This document shows, piece by piece, positions 37,671 to 47,705 of a stretch of 64,000 nt of DNA. Both the position numbers and the translations under genes were made by a program. The notes beneath the pieces are model-generated. The model ran no database searches. It was not told the DNA's origin and worked only from the letters and a program-made list of their open reading frames with translations. The stretch spans positions 523,070 through 587,069 of the forward strand of contig CAWFJP010000031.1 in assembly GCA_963816145.1 (NCBI GenBank), read 5' to 3'. Position 1 is the first letter of the stretch; each line of letters starts with the position of its first letter. This stretch comes from an uncultured delta proteobacterium (lineage in GTDB: Bacteria; Desulfobacterota; Binatia; UBA9968).

Positions 37671-40600
37671 TCAAATTTTACGCAAATCGAGGGTGAAGGG
37701 AAACTCCGGGTCGATGCGCGGCTCGCTAATTTCGATGATCCCCGGCGTGTGGCCGATGCGGAAGAAGCGCTCGAGACGGCGGCTCTCGGCTTCGAAAGCG
37801 TTGACGGGAAAGACCTCATAGCTGCGGCCGCCGGGATGCATGACATGGTATTGACAGCCACCGAGGCTCCGTTTCATCCAGCGGTCGACGATATCAAAGG
37901 TGAGCGGTGTGTGGACTGCGATGGTGGGGTGCAAGGCCGAGGGCGGCTGCCAGGCGCGATAGCGCACGCCGACCACGAATTCACCGACGGTGCCGGTGGA
38001 TTGCAGCGGCAGCGGCACTCTATTGCAGGTGATCGCATAGCGATCGGGCGGCAGTCCGGTGACTTTGACCTGCACTCTTTCCAGCGACGAGTCGACGTAG
38101 CGCGCGGTGCCGCCGGGGGCGCCCTCCTCGCCCAGCACATGCCAAGGCTCCAAGGCGGCGCGCAGCTCGAGCTCGATGCCACGGGTCGCGAAATCGCCGT
38201 ACTTGGGAAAGCGAAATTCAAAGTGCGGCGCGAACCAGCCGGCATCGAAGCCATAGCCGGCTTGATTCAGCTCTGTGATCACGTCTTGAAAGTCGAGCCA
38301 GACGAAGTGCGGCAGCATAAAACGGTCATGCAGTTCGGTGCCCCAGCGCACCAGTCGCGGCGGCGCGTAGGGGGTTTTCCAGAAGCGCGCGATCAGCGCG
38401 CGGATCAACAACTGTTGGGTCAGACTCATGCGCCCGTGCGGCGGCATCTCGAAGGCGCGCATCTCAAGCAAACCCAGGCGCCCGGTGGCGCTGTCCGGCG
38501 AATACAGTTTGTCGATGCAGAACTCGGCGCGATGGGTGTTGCCGGTGACGTCGATGAGCAGATTGCGCAGCAGCCGGTCAAGCAGCCAGGGCGGGCAATC
38601 TTGTTTCGCCATGCGCCGCTCCAACTCGCGAAACGCCACTTCGATTTCGCGCAGCGAGTCGTTGCGTGCCTCGTCGATGCGCGGCGCCTGCGAGGTCGGG
38701 CCGATGAAAAGGCCGCTAAAAAGAAAAGACAGCGACGGGTGATTGAGCCAATAGCTTAAAAAACTGCGCAAGAGATCCGGGCGCCGCAGCCACGGCGAAT
38801 CCGCCGGCGTGGCGCCGCCGAGGGCGAAATGATTGCCGCCGCCGGTGCCGGTGTGGCGTCCGTCGATCATGAATTTCTCCGTCGAAAGACGCGACTCGCG
38901 CGCCGTCTCGTAGAGAAACGCCGTCTGTTCGCTTGATTCGTCCCAGCTCGACGAAGGTTGAATATTGACCTCGATCACACCCGGGTCGGGGGTGATGCGA
39001 AAGTGCGGCAGGCGCGGATCGCGCGGCGGCTCGTAGCCTTCAAACAGAACCGGCTGATTCAGCGCTTCCGCTGTCGCTTCCACGGCGGCAACCAGTTCGA
39101 GATAATCTTCTAGGGCGGCGCTCGGCGGCATAAAGATGTAAAGCACGCCGTTTCTCGCCTCGGCGCAAATCGCGGTGCGCGAGATCCACGGCGCGCTCTC
39201 ATGCATGGTTGGCACGCGCTCGCTTGCACCGCCATTCTCCGTACCACCAGTACGCCGTACTGCTTCGTTGTCCGCGGATTTTGCCGCGCTAACTTGAAAA
39301 CGAATTTGCCCGTGAGTCGCAAGCGGTGGCAGCGGCTGGGTGGGATCCGGTGGAAAAATATAGGGGTAATCTGTGGCGCTGGTCCACGGCAGCGAGTCTA
39401 ACGGCAGCCGATAGCCCATGGCCGAGTCACCGGGAACGAGGTAGCAGCGCTCGCCGCGCAAAAACCACTGTCCGCTGCGCCAACGTTCGGTCGCGGGGTC
39501 GCGCGCCACCGGCAGGGCATAACCGACGACATAATTTAATCCTTGGTCGAACACGCGCATGAGACGCGCGCGTTCGAGCGGATCTTCGAGCCGCGAATCG
39601 AAGGGATCGACGTTGGCGGGCAAGCGCCGCTCGCGCCACATGTAGTAATACAAATCTTCGTAGGCAGGAAAAATATCGCGCGGGTTCAAACCAAGCCGTT
39701 GAGCCACGCCGCGGAGAAATTCGCCCGCAGTAACGTCGGTCGCTGTGTCGGCTTGGGTCTCGTCGGCGATCAAAGAGTCATCGCGCCAGATGGGCTCGCC
39801 GTCGGCGCGCCAGAAGCAATTGAGCGACCAGCGCGGCAGTTGTTCGCCGGGATACCATTTCCCCTGGCCGAAATGGACCAGGCTATGAGCGCCGTAGCGT
39901 GTGCGCAGGCGATGATAAACCTCGGTCGCGAGCCGGCGCTTGTTCGGTCCGAGCGCCGCCGTATTCCACTCCTCGCCCTCCGGATCGTCCATCGAGACAA
40001 AAGTCGGTTCGCCGCCCATGGTGAGTCTGACGTCGCTATCTTTCAGGTCGATATCGACAGCATGACCGAGTCGGTCGATCGCCTGCCATTGCTCCTCGGT
40101 GTAGGGTTTAGTGACGCGCGGCGCTTCCCAGATTCTTGTGACCGACATTTCATGGGCAAATTCTACTTTGCATTCATCGATCGCGCCGGTCACGGGAGAT
40201 GCCGATCCGGGTTCGGGCGTGCAGGCGAGCGGCAAATGGCCTTCGCCGGCGAACAAGCCCGAGGTCGCATCGAGACCGATCCAGCCGGCGCCGGGCAGGT
40301 ACACCTCGGCCCAGGCGTGCAGATCGGTGAAATCTTTTTCCGGTCCGGACGGGCCGTCGAGAGATTTCACATCGGCGGTGAGTTGAATCAGATAACCCGA
40401 CACAAAGCGTGCGGCCAAGCCTAAATGGCGTAGCAACTGGACCAGCAGCCAAGCGGAGTCGCGGCAGGAGCCCGAACCTTTGGCGAGCGTTTCTTCCGGT
40501 GTTTGGACACCCGGTTCCAGGCGGATCAGATATTTAACATCGCGCGCCAATTGCGCATTCAAGGCGACGAGAAAATCCACGCTGCGCCGCGGCTCGCGCG

Positions 40601-41003
40601 GGATCGCGCCGAGATAACGTTTAAACAGCGGCGTGAGCGGCTCGCGCTTGACGTAGGGCGCAAGCTCATTTTGTTGCCAAGACTCGTATTCGAAGGGGAA
40701 TTGCTCGGCATAAGGCTCAAGAAAAAAGTCGAAGGGATTGATCACCGCCATCTCGGCGACCAAATCGACCTCGATGCGAAACTCGTCGGTGGTCTCGGGG
40801 AAAACCAGGCGGGCCAAATAGTTTGCCTGGGGGTCCTGCTGCCAATTAATAAAGTGCTTTTGCGGCGCGATCCTGAGCGAATAACTCAAGACGCGGGTGC
40901 GGCAGTGCGGCGCCGGGCGCAAGCGCAGGACCTGCGGGCCGAGATTAATCCGCCGGTCATAGCGATAGTGAGTAACATGATGCAGCGCAACGTGGATGGA
41001 CAT
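37671..41003 (-). CDS. Transglutaminase fused to DUF2126 putative amidoligase
   Basis: MSIHVALHH start, GSCRDSAW, DLHAW; LTMGGEPTFVS, TPDPGVIEVN, GTGGGNH, EMRAFEMPP. Confidence 0.92.
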   Translation of the reverse strand: MSIHVALHHVTHYRYDRRINLGPQVLRLRPAPHCRTRVLSYSLRIAPQKHFINWQQDPQANYLARLVFPETTDEFRIEVDLVAEMAVINPFDFFLEPYAEQFPFEYESWQQNELAPYVKREPLTPLFKRYLGAIPREPRRSVDFLVALNAQLARDVKYLIRLEPGVQTPEETLAKGSGSCRDSAWLLVQLLRHLGLAARFVSGYLIQLTADVKSLDGPSGPEKDFTDLHAWAEVYLPGAGWIGLDATSGLFAGEGHLPLACTPEPGSASPVTGAIDECKVEFAHEMSVTRIWEAPRVTKPYTEEQWQAIDRLGHAVDIDLKDSDVRLTMGGEPTFVSMDDPEGEEWNTAALGPNKRRLATEVYHRLRTRYGAHSLVHFGQGKWYPGEQLPRWSLNCFWRADGEPIWRDDSLIADETQADTATDVTAGEFLRGVAQRLGLNPRDIFPAYEDLYYYMWRERRLPANVDPFDSRLEDPLERARLMRVFDQGLNYVVGYALPVARDPATERWRSGQWFLRGERCYLVPGDSAMGYRLPLDSLPWTSATDYPYIFPPDPTQPLPPLATHGQIRFQVSAAKSADNEAVRRTGGTENGGASERVPTMHESAPWISRTAICAEARNGVLYIFMPPSAALEDYLELVAAVEATAEALNQPVLFEGYEPPRDPRLPHFRITPDPGVIEVNIQPSSSWDESSEQTAFLYETARESRLSTEKFMIDGRHTGTGGGNHFALGGATPADSPWLRRPDLLRSFLSYWLNHPSLSFLFSGLFIGPTSQAPRIDEARNDSLREIEVAFRELERRMAKQDCPPWLLDRLLRNLLIDVTGNTHRAEFCIDKLYSPDSATGRLGLLEMRAFEMPPHGRMSLTQQLLIRALIARFWKTPYAPPRLVRWGTELHDRFMLPHFVWLDFQDVITELNQAGYGFDAGWFAPHFEFRFPKYGDFATRGIELELRAALEPWHVLGEEGAPGGTARYVDSSLERVQVKVTGLPPDRYAITCNRVPLPLQSTGTVGEFVVGVRYRAWQPPSALHPTIAVHTPLTFDIVDRWMKRSLGGCQYHVMHPGGRSYEVFPVNAFEAESRRLERFFRIGHTPGIIEISEPRIDPEFPFTLDLRKI

Positions 41004-41206
41004 GGTTTGAATTTTGTCGATCGATGGAGACTCAATGTAGAAGAAGGGCGGACCGGGTTCAAGCGGTGTCGTTCGAGCCGGCAGGCATCCGACAAAGTGC
41101 TGGTTGTAAGTTTTCTGTCCCAGCCGAGTTGCCGCGCAGGATAAGTTTAACGAAGGGATCGTCAAAAGCTCCACGTCGGCAAATTAAAACTTTAGGGAAT
41201 CTTAAA

Positions 41207-41222
41207 AGCAAATTTTGTTCCT
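41207..41222 (-). promoter_or_regulatory. Candidate sigma-54 promoter for the transglutaminase operon
   Basis: AGGAACAAAATTTGCT (GG-N10-GC). Confidence 0.4.
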
Positions 41223-41400
41223 CGGCGAAATCGGATTTTCATACCGATTGATCGTAGTACTGTTAGGCCAAGTTTTACCGATGCCAATTAATCAATCAGT
41301 GGATGCATGGTTTTGCAGCAGACCAAAGAATCGCGGCTCCGGGGACGCAAAGTAAAAGAACGATTTTACCGTGCTAGCGGCGATTCACGCGCTCCGAGCC

Positions 41401-41416
41401 TGGCATAACCCTTGCC
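41401..41416 (+). promoter_or_regulatory. Sigma-54 promoter for pfk
   Basis: TGGCATAACCCTTGCC (GG-N10-GC, near consensus). Confidence 0.65.
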
Positions 41417-41502
41417 CGTAGGACGGCAAAGACGCTGCCGTTGTTACGGAGGTGGGACTGGGCGGCCGGCCCACCAGGGGTCATCATGGGGGAAAACGGA
41501 AT

Positions 41503-42825
41503 ATGGCCATCGAATCAGGTTCAAATCACCTAACACACGTTGGCATTGTCGTCGGCGGTGGTCCGGCGCCGGGAATTAACGGCACGATCGGCGCCGTAAC
41601 GCTCGAGGCCGGCAATCGGGGCCGCGAAGTCGTTGGCATCTACGATGGGTTTTCCCATTTGATGACCGGCTGCACCGAGCGCGTCAAAAAACTGCAGCAT
41701 GACGATGTTTCACGGATCCATTTCGAAGGCGGATCGATTCTCGCAACCTCGCGCGCCAACCCGACCAAGAATGGCGCCGATTTAGCGTGTGTCGTCGCTT
41801 CGCTAAAAACGCTCGGCATCGGCTACCTTGTCACCATCGGCGGCGACGACACCATGTACGCGGCGAGTCAGTTAGCGCAAGCCTCGGCGGGGCAAATCCG
41901 GGTGTGCCATGTGCCGAAGACCATCGACAACGATCTGCCGTTGCCTAGCGAAACGCCGACGTTTGGTTTTGAAACGGCTCGTCAATACGGTTTTGAAATC
42001 GTCCATAACTTAATGGAAGACTCACGCACCACCGGCCGTTGGTACTTCGTCGTCATCATGGGCCGGACCGCGGGCCATTTGACGCTGGGGGTCGGCAAGG
42101 CAGCGGGCGCGACGCTGGCCGTGATACCTGAGGAATTTCCCGGTCCCATCCACCTTGAAATGATCGGCGATATCTTGGAAGGGGCGATTCTCAAGCGCCA
42201 GGCGCTTTGGGGACGCAATGACGGTGTCGCGGTGATCGCGGAAGGATTGCTTGAACGGATGCCGGAACAAGAGTTGACGGCGATCGAGGGCGTGCAGATC
42301 CAGCGCGACAGCTACGGCCATCTGCGCCTGGCGGAACTCGATCTCGCCTATATTTTAAAGACCTTGGTGGAACGGCGCTTCGCGGCGCGCGGCCAGGGTC
42401 TGACAGTGGTGCATAAAACGGTGGGTTATGAACTGCGCTGCGCGCCGCCGGTTGCCTTCGATTGTGATTATGTCAAAACCCTGGGCTACGGCGCGGTCGA
42501 GTTTCTCCTCAACCCCGATCCGCTGACTGCAACCTTCGATGGCGCGCTGGTTTGTCTCATTGACGGCGAATTGCAATATCTCAAATTTGACGACCTGCTC
42601 GACGCCAAGACGAAAAAGACCACGGTGCGCACCGTCGACATCTCGAAGCCTTCATATAAAGTCGCGCGCGAATATATGATTCGCTTGGAGCGGGAAGATT
42701 TTGCAGATCCGCAAAAGCTGGAAAAATTGACGCGCGCCGCTTCGAGCAAAGACTTGCAGCTATCGTCGGAAGCCTTCAAACAGCGGTTCGAACCCGTCGT
42801 AAGCCAGCTTCTTGGAGGTTTTTAA
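41503..42825 (+). CDS. pfp: Pyrophosphate-dependent 6-phosphofructokinase
   Basis: GGGPAPG, GGDDT and PKTIDND (PPi-type Asp/Lys), MGR, GYELRC. Confidence 0.88.
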   Translation: MAIESGSNHLTHVGIVVGGGPAPGINGTIGAVTLEAGNRGREVVGIYDGFSHLMTGCTERVKKLQHDDVSRIHFEGGSILATSRANPTKNGADLACVVASLKTLGIGYLVTIGGDDTMYAASQLAQASAGQIRVCHVPKTIDNDLPLPSETPTFGFETARQYGFEIVHNLMEDSRTTGRWYFVVIMGRTAGHLTLGVGKAAGATLAVIPEEFPGPIHLEMIGDILEGAILKRQALWGRNDGVAVIAEGLLERMPEQELTAIEGVQIQRDSYGHLRLAELDLAYILKTLVERRFAARGQGLTVVHKTVGYELRCAPPVAFDCDYVKTLGYGAVEFLLNPDPLTATFDGALVCLIDGELQYLKFDDLLDAKTKKTTVRTVDISKPSYKVAREYMIRLEREDFADPQKLEKLTRAASSKDLQLSSEAFKQRFEPVVSQLLGGF

Positions 42826-42856
42826 AGCGTGGCCGAACCCTTGTCGCTGCGGGCCG

Positions 42857-43069
42857 TCAAAGCTCTCTTTTTGTCGCGACGTTTTTACTTGGCTTTCTTG
42901 CCTTGGATGGGATGGCCCGGCGTTTTTTTGGCGCATGGGTTTCCAGCCAAATTTCTTGGGCTTTCAGCCAATGCTGAACGTCGGCTCCGTCTGGGCACCC
43001 CGACTCCTGCCAAATTTTATATGCAAGTTGCCGGATCTCTTCGTTGCGATCGATCTGCGTCGCTTGCAT
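42857..43069 (-). CDS. DUF2934 family small protein
   Basis: IRQLAYKIWQESGCPDG....HWLKA. Confidence 0.85.
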   Translation of the reverse strand: MQATQIDRNEEIRQLAYKIWQESGCPDGADVQHWLKAQEIWLETHAPKKRRAIPSKARKPSKNVATKREL

Positions 43070-43198
43070 GACTCATGCTCCTTTCTCTTGGCTACAGGAC
43101 AAATTCAAATCGGTGTTTCTTCTGTGAACAACTGTCTGGAGGCGCAGCGGCGCTCTTGATTCAGCTGTCGGCTCCGGTGCGCCTATGAGCTTGACGGA

Positions 43199-44200
43199 TC
43201 ATTGCCATCCGGCCATCAAGCCGAGCAAATCGCAGACGCGGTTAGAGTAACCCCATTCGTTGTCGTACCAACTGAGACACTTGAGATACTTGCCGCCGGT
43301 GACCGTGGTAAATCCGGCGTCGAAAATTGATGAATGGGCGTTTCCTATAATATCCGAGGACACCACCGGGACTTCCACGAACTGCAGAATACCTTTCATG
43401 CGCTTGGATTCGGCGGCCGCGCGGATCTCAGCATGGACATCGTCAGCGCTCACGCTTTTCTCAAGTTCGACGAACAGGTCGACAACCGAACCGTCGGGCA
43501 CCGGCACGCGCGCGGCGATGCCGTCGAGCCGGCCTTTCAATTGCGGCAACACCATGCCGACTGCTTTGGCGGCGCCGGTCGAGGTCGGGATGATGTTTTC
43601 CGCCGCGGCGCGGCTGCGCCGCCAGTCCGAGTGCGGCACGTCGGCGAGCCGCTGGTCGTTGGTATAGGCGTGCACCGTGTTGATGACCCCCTCGACGATG
43701 CCGAAAGAGTCCTGCAATACCTTCGCCAATGGCGCTAGACAATTGGTGGTGCAACTCGCGTTGGAAATAATCCGGTATTCCGGCTTAAGTCCGTCATCGT
43801 TGACGCCGAGGACGACCGTGTAGTCGATCGCATCCTTCGCGGGCACCGTGAGCACAACCCGCTTCGCGCCAGCGCGCAGGTGCTGGGTCAGCTGTTCCTT
43901 GGCGGTGAAGATGCCGGTGGACTCTATGACCGCATCGATGCCGAGATCGTTCCAGGGCAATTTTAGTGGGTCCCGTTCACACAGCATCCGGGTACGGCCA
44001 TGGGAAGTAACCAAATCATCGCCTTCGAGCCGCAGGGTGCCGTCGAACGGACCCATGACCGTATCGTAATGGAGCAGGTAGCGCAGCGCTTCATTGTCAA
44101 AGAGGTCGTTAATCGCGACTACGTCAACGTCTCCACGCTTGTCGAGAATCCGGAATACCGTGCGGCCGATGCGGCCAAATCCGTTGATTGCGACTCTCAT
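43199..44200 (-). CDS. gap: Type I glyceraldehyde-3-phosphate dehydrogenase
   Basis: INGFGRIGR, SNASCTTNCL, TVHAYT, SWYDNEWGY. Confidence 0.96.
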   Translation of the reverse strand: MRVAINGFGRIGRTVFRILDKRGDVDVVAINDLFDNEALRYLLHYDTVMGPFDGTLRLEGDDLVTSHGRTRMLCERDPLKLPWNDLGIDAVIESTGIFTAKEQLTQHLRAGAKRVVLTVPAKDAIDYTVVLGVNDDGLKPEYRIISNASCTTNCLAPLAKVLQDSFGIVEGVINTVHAYTNDQRLADVPHSDWRRSRAAAENIIPTSTGAAKAVGMVLPQLKGRLDGIAARVPVPDGSVVDLFVELEKSVSADDVHAEIRAAAESKRMKGILQFVEVPVVSSDIIGNAHSSIFDAGFTTVTGGKYLKCLSWYDNEWGYSNRVCDLLGLMAGWQ

Positions 44201-45216
44201 TGCACACCTCCGACGCTATCGAGCTTGCCATAGTGCCGCACCACGTCGAGCACGCGGCAGGCATGACCCAAACTCTCGTACCAGGCCAGGACTTTGACGA
44301 TGTTTTTCCCGGCTTTGAGGGTTGCTTGCGCATCAAACAGTAAGGATTGCCGGGAGCCAATGACATCGGAAGAAACGATCGGATCATCGGTAATGCCGAT
44401 CAGCAGCGGATGACCGTTAGCGGCGGCCCGCATGGCCTCGTTTACTTGCGCCTTGGTCACGTCGCTGTCGTGCATCACGCAGTTCAGATCCAGCAACGAG
44501 CCCTGTTGCACCGGCACGTTGAGGGCATAGCCGCTTAGCTTTCCAGCGAATTTCGGCAAGATCAGCTCTACCCAATGCGCCGACTCATTGCTGTTGGGGA
44601 TAATGTTCTGGGCAGCGGAGCGACTGCGGCGAAAATCCTCGTGGGCATAATCCTGCAAAGATTGATCGCTGCTGTAAGCATGAACCGTGGTCATCGAAGC
44701 GTAGTCGACTCCCAGCGCGGCGTCGAGAAAATATAAAAGCAGCGCAAGCGCGTTGGTGGTTGCCGAACCAGCCGAGATCAGTCTGTCGCCACTGACCGCG
44801 CTCGCCTCATTGATGCCGGGAACCAGCACGCGGTCAATAGATTCCGCCGGCAGCGATGCGAGAATCACCCGGCCCGCCCCCGCTTGTAGGTGGGTTTCCA
44901 GATATTCACGGCGTCGATAACGGCCTGTGGCGTCGATAACGCAATCGACCCCGAAAACGTCCCATGGAACGTCCCCAGGTTTGGCAATCTGTAGCATCCT
45001 GGTGCGAAACTTATTGTTGACCAGATAATTGTCGTAGAGTTCGCACGGTGGTGCGTCGGCAGTGTCGCTCTTGAGGAGATAGTGGAGAATTTCTGGCTTG
45101 CCGATATCCGCCACCGCGACGATCTCAAGATCGTCGCTTTCCGCCGCAAGGTGATAGAGGTGTCGACCGATTTGCCCTAAACCCATAAGTCCGACTCGGA
45201 TCTTCCTGTTCAGCAT
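44197..45216 (-). CDS. GAPDH homolog lacking the catalytic cysteine (pseudoenzyme candidate)
   Basis: GLGQIGR, SAGSATTNAL in place of SNASCTTNCL, TVHAYSSDQ, RRSRSAAQNIIP; ATGA overlap with gap. Confidence 0.88.
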   Translation of the reverse strand: MLNRKIRVGLMGLGQIGRHLYHLAAESDDLEIVAVADIGKPEILHYLLKSDTADAPPCELYDNYLVNNKFRTRMLQIAKPGDVPWDVFGVDCVIDATGRYRRREYLETHLQAGAGRVILASLPAESIDRVLVPGINEASAVSGDRLISAGSATTNALALLLYFLDAALGVDYASMTTVHAYSSDQSLQDYAHEDFRRSRSAAQNIIPNSNESAHWVELILPKFAGKLSGYALNVPVQQGSLLDLNCVMHDSDVTKAQVNEAMRAAANGHPLLIGITDDPIVSSDVIGSRQSLLFDAQATLKAGKNIVKVLAWYESLGHACRVLDVVRHYGKLDSVGGVQ

Positions 45217-45419
45217 AGATTTTTCACCTGAGTTTCATCTACTTGCGGCCAAACATTTACCAGCGCTGGAACGCATTTACCCTCAGTTACGCCGCGAAAG
45301 TCGAAAACGCAGTCAAAAATGAAAAATTTGCAGTTTTCGAATTGCACCAGTCTATATGCGTTGCCATTGATAGTACTCGAAAGCAGGGAGAGTATCCAAG
45401 CGTTAGATTGAATCGTAAA

Positions 45420-45435
45420 TGCAAAGACCACGCCG
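45420..45435 (-). promoter_or_regulatory. Candidate sigma-54 promoter for the gap pair
   Basis: CGGCGTGGTCTTTGCA (GG-N10-GC), similar to the site at 56342. Confidence 0.45.
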
Positions 45436-45783
45436 TGGCAAAGGGCCTAAAGCTGACTCGATACGGTGGCGTTCCGCCGCTGTAGGCAACTCAAGATGCC
45501 CTAATACTGATCGCGGACTGCACAGCAGTTAGGCAGTGCGCGTGAAAATCGAGGGTCACATAGTGCTGGGTTCGGATTTTCCGAACCCCAGCACCATGTA
45601 GCCATTGGCGGAAGAGATTCTCGACAGGGAATCGGTGCACCCTAACCCGCTTCGAAGCAGTAGATAACGACGATTGTCGTGGCAGCCGTTCAAGTTAGCT
45701 GAAGAACCTCCATGCGGCAGTGAGCTTCGCGGTGAACTCTAGCGCGTTCTTTGACGCCGTAAAGGTCCGGTAGCCATGCGCGC

Positions 45784-47655
45784 TCATTCAGCCAGTGTGC
45801 GGATCTCAGCGTCGGCGCGGCGCAATTTTGCCGAGAGTTCGCGGGCAATATTGAGAATCAGTTTGTACTTGATCTGCGGGTGATCGAGCGCAAGGGCATT
45901 GAGCCTCTCGGTGGACAGGATATAGCAGACCACCGGCATATCAGCGACGACATCCGCAGATCGACGCCGGCCGTCGAGCAGCGAGAGTTCGCCAAAAGCC
46001 AATCCGGCGCTCAGTGAACTCAGCCGCTTGCCCCGGCTACCATTCGGCAAATTCAGATAGACGCTGACCGATCCGGCGGCAAGCAGAAAGAGCGAATCGG
46101 CCGAGTCACCCTCGTGAATAATCTTGTCTCTGGCACTGTAGTGCCGTTTTATCAACACCGATTCGAGCAAGGCGATCTCGGCGGCGTCCAGGCCGGCGAC
46201 GATATCAATCGCCGCAATCGGCACTGGGGCGTTGGTGCAGCTCAGGGCTGGACCCTCCTCGGCTATCAGCTGGCTTTCGCACCACTCCAGAGCCGCATCG
46301 ATATCGGCAAAGATGCTATCCGTTCCCCAGGGAGGGGTGGTGCGGTGTTGTAAATAAGCCGAATCGGCTTGCGGCAGATGCGCCAGGATTAGTTTTTTAT
46401 CATCTGCCGTGAGGGTGCCCCGCAATTGGACCAAAAGAGTCAGGGCGCAGTCGTCGATTTCCGGGACGCGCTTAAAATCGAGAATCAAATACGCTGCTGA
46501 ATCAATATCGTTCGTCATCTGGCGCAAGAGCCGCTCCATGGTCGCGAAAAACAGATTGCCCTGAAGTTCGTAAACGCAGATTGCCCGGCCTTTGCGGTTC
46601 AGGATGGCTTGTTCGGCGTTGCTGCGCTGAAGTTTCGAACGAATCCTGTCGCCCCGGTAGGTCCTGCGCACGGCCACCGCGGTGGACGCGCGGGTGCCAA
46701 ACATATGCAATTTGAAACGCTCGGAAATCGCTTGGCAAACTTGAATGCCCCGGCAACTATTACCCTGGGCATCGAGCAGCGGCGAATAGGTGCCGATGCC
46801 CAACTGGCCAGGTAACGCCGCGATGATGCCGCCGCTGACGCCGCTTTTGGCCGGTAGGCCGATGCGATAGCACCATTCGCCAGAGTAGTCGTACATGCCG
46901 CAGCTCTGCATCACGGCGAGGACGTTTTTGACGTAACGCGCCTCGATGGCGCGTACACCGGTCAACGGATTGATGCCATTGTTGGCGACCGTGGCGGCGA
47001 TCATGGCCAAGTCACGGGGACTCACCAGTATCGAACATTGCTTAAAATAGAGATCGAGATGTTCGTCCACCGGCTCGGCGATCATGCCGGCGTTGAGCTC
47101 GAGATAGCCGATGGCGCGGTTACGATGGCCGGTGCTGTGCTCCGAAGCGTAGACCGCGCGATCGATCTGCACCGGGCGACCGCAAAGATCGGAAAACTTG
47201 CCGAGTAGTCGCTCCAAACGCTCTGCATGATTGGCGCCGTTGATCAACGCGGTGGTGGCGATGGCGCCGGCATTGACCATTGGATTAAAAGGCCGGTTGC
47301 TGCGTTCGTCGAAAACAATCGAGTTAAACGCTTCGCCGCTGGGCTCGACGCCGACTTTTTCCAAAATCCGTTCGATGCCATTGTCTTCCAGGGCAAGCGC
47401 GTAAACGAACGGCTTGGAGATTGATTGAATGGTAAATAACTGTCTAGAATCGCCGACCTCGTAAATTTCACCGTCGGCGGTGGCCAGCGCGATGCCGAAC
47501 TGCGCGGGATCCGCCTTGGCAAGTTCGGGAATATAGGTGGCGATTTGCCCGGAGAAATTTTCCCGGTACTCGCGGTAAATTTCAAAGAGCGTGGTAAGAA
47601 TCGGCGAAAATGTAGTCTCGTCGGAGTCCAAGTTTTGGGCCAGTCTAGAGCGCAT
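45784..47655 (-). CDS. glsA: Glutaminase A with C-terminal STAS and cNMP-binding domains
   Basis: ATYIPEL, IQSISKPF, NPMVNAGAI, PAKSGVSG; ELQGNLFFA (STAS); FGELSLL...RSADV (cNMP). Confidence 0.92.
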   Translation of the reverse strand: MRSRLAQNLDSDETTFSPILTTLFEIYREYRENFSGQIATYIPELAKADPAQFGIALATADGEIYEVGDSRQLFTIQSISKPFVYALALEDNGIERILEKVGVEPSGEAFNSIVFDERSNRPFNPMVNAGAIATTALINGANHAERLERLLGKFSDLCGRPVQIDRAVYASEHSTGHRNRAIGYLELNAGMIAEPVDEHLDLYFKQCSILVSPRDLAMIAATVANNGINPLTGVRAIEARYVKNVLAVMQSCGMYDYSGEWCYRIGLPAKSGVSGGIIAALPGQLGIGTYSPLLDAQGNSCRGIQVCQAISERFKLHMFGTRASTAVAVRRTYRGDRIRSKLQRSNAEQAILNRKGRAICVYELQGNLFFATMERLLRQMTNDIDSAAYLILDFKRVPEIDDCALTLLVQLRGTLTADDKKLILAHLPQADSAYLQHRTTPPWGTDSIFADIDAALEWCESQLIAEEGPALSCTNAPVPIAAIDIVAGLDAAEIALLESVLIKRHYSARDKIIHEGDSADSLFLLAAGSVSVYLNLPNGSRGKRLSSLSAGLAFGELSLLDGRRRSADVVADMPVVCYILSTERLNALALDHPQIKYKLILNIARELSAKLRRADAEIRTLAE

Positions 47656-47705
47656 AAGAAGTACAAGGTGCCGGGGGCAATTTCTAGCAGGTGACCTCTC
47701 TATTT

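Noticed and set aside
44197-45216. Second GAPDH homolog as erythrose-4-phosphate dehydrogenase (Epd)
   Set aside because: Epd retains the catalytic Cys (SCTTN); this protein does not.
45496-45534. CCCTAAT...GTTAGGC as another attC
   Set aside because: Too short, no AAC core or L boxes, and no associated cassette ORF.
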